Virus record (IMG/VR): IMGVR_UViG_3300031867_000037
Location: 1 to 64,000 of that record
Direction: 5' to 3' (one strand)
DNA: 64,000 nt
Source of the DNA: a virus
Taxonomy: Duplodnaviria > Caudoviricetes
The position numbers were made by a program, and so were the translations under genes. The notes under the pieces are model-generated. The model was not told the DNA's origin and made no database searches. It worked only from the letters and a program-made list of their open reading frames with translations. Below, piece after piece: positions 63,907 to 64,000 of the stretch. Every line of letters begins with the position of its first letter. The stretch's first letter is position 1.

Positions 63907-63917
63907 ACAAAAGAATG

Positions 63918-63946
63918 TTGAAATCTACTATAATATGTAGTATAAT
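63918..63946 (+). promoter_or_regulatory. promoter TTGAAA-17-TATAAT
   Basis: Spacer TCTACTATAATATGTAG nearly identical to the 2496 promoter. Confidence 0.75.
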
Positions 63947-64000
63947 GTTTATAGATAGAAAATTATCAATTCAGGAGAACAGTATGAAAAACATAAATAT

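Noticed and set aside
1-64000. Stop-codon recoding, DGR, integrase or introns
   Set aside because: Core genes are intact in the standard code with all three stops used; no suppressor tRNA, reverse transcriptase, recombinase or interrupted gene was seen.

Overview
The window is most of the genome of a tailed dsDNA phage (siphovirus-like). Its host is probably a spore-forming Clostridia/Lachnospiraceae-type bacterium, inferred from strong GGAGG RBSs, sigma-A promoters, a SpoIIID-like gene and a Firmicutes-type boxA. There are three transcription blocks. (1) A rightward replication/recombination block (1-25165) carries primase, SSB, a family A DNA polymerase, a complete bacterial-type beta clamp and clamp loader, RecA, RecU and a Cas4-like nuclease. 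It also has a candidate DNA base-hypermodification trio directly after polA (P-loop kinase, conserved helical protein, TAGT/GREB1-like glycosyltransferase) and a 1.9-kb RNA array. (2) A leftward early block of about 24 small ORFs (25241-32683) is driven from a 1.7-kb control region with a strong promoter, an rRNA-type boxA and several repeat families. (3) A rightward late block (34405-63889) has TerS, a lysis cassette placed between TerS and TerL, two DUF4417-like gene pairs, A118-like head and tail genes, a compositionally foreign tail fibre and an eight-gene uncharacterised module. The most striking signal is the RNA array (16131-18034): only two tRNAs look canonical (Leu-TAA, Gln-TTG), while several others keep perfect D/T elbows but have altered or missing anticodon arms. 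One of these (17370-17486) folds as two tRNA elbows fused through one shared anticodon helix with no anticodon. No integrase, helicase, CRISPR array or reverse transcriptase is visible, and the genome probably extends past the window. All family assignments are by motif recognition and all RNA folds were paired by hand; no searches were run.
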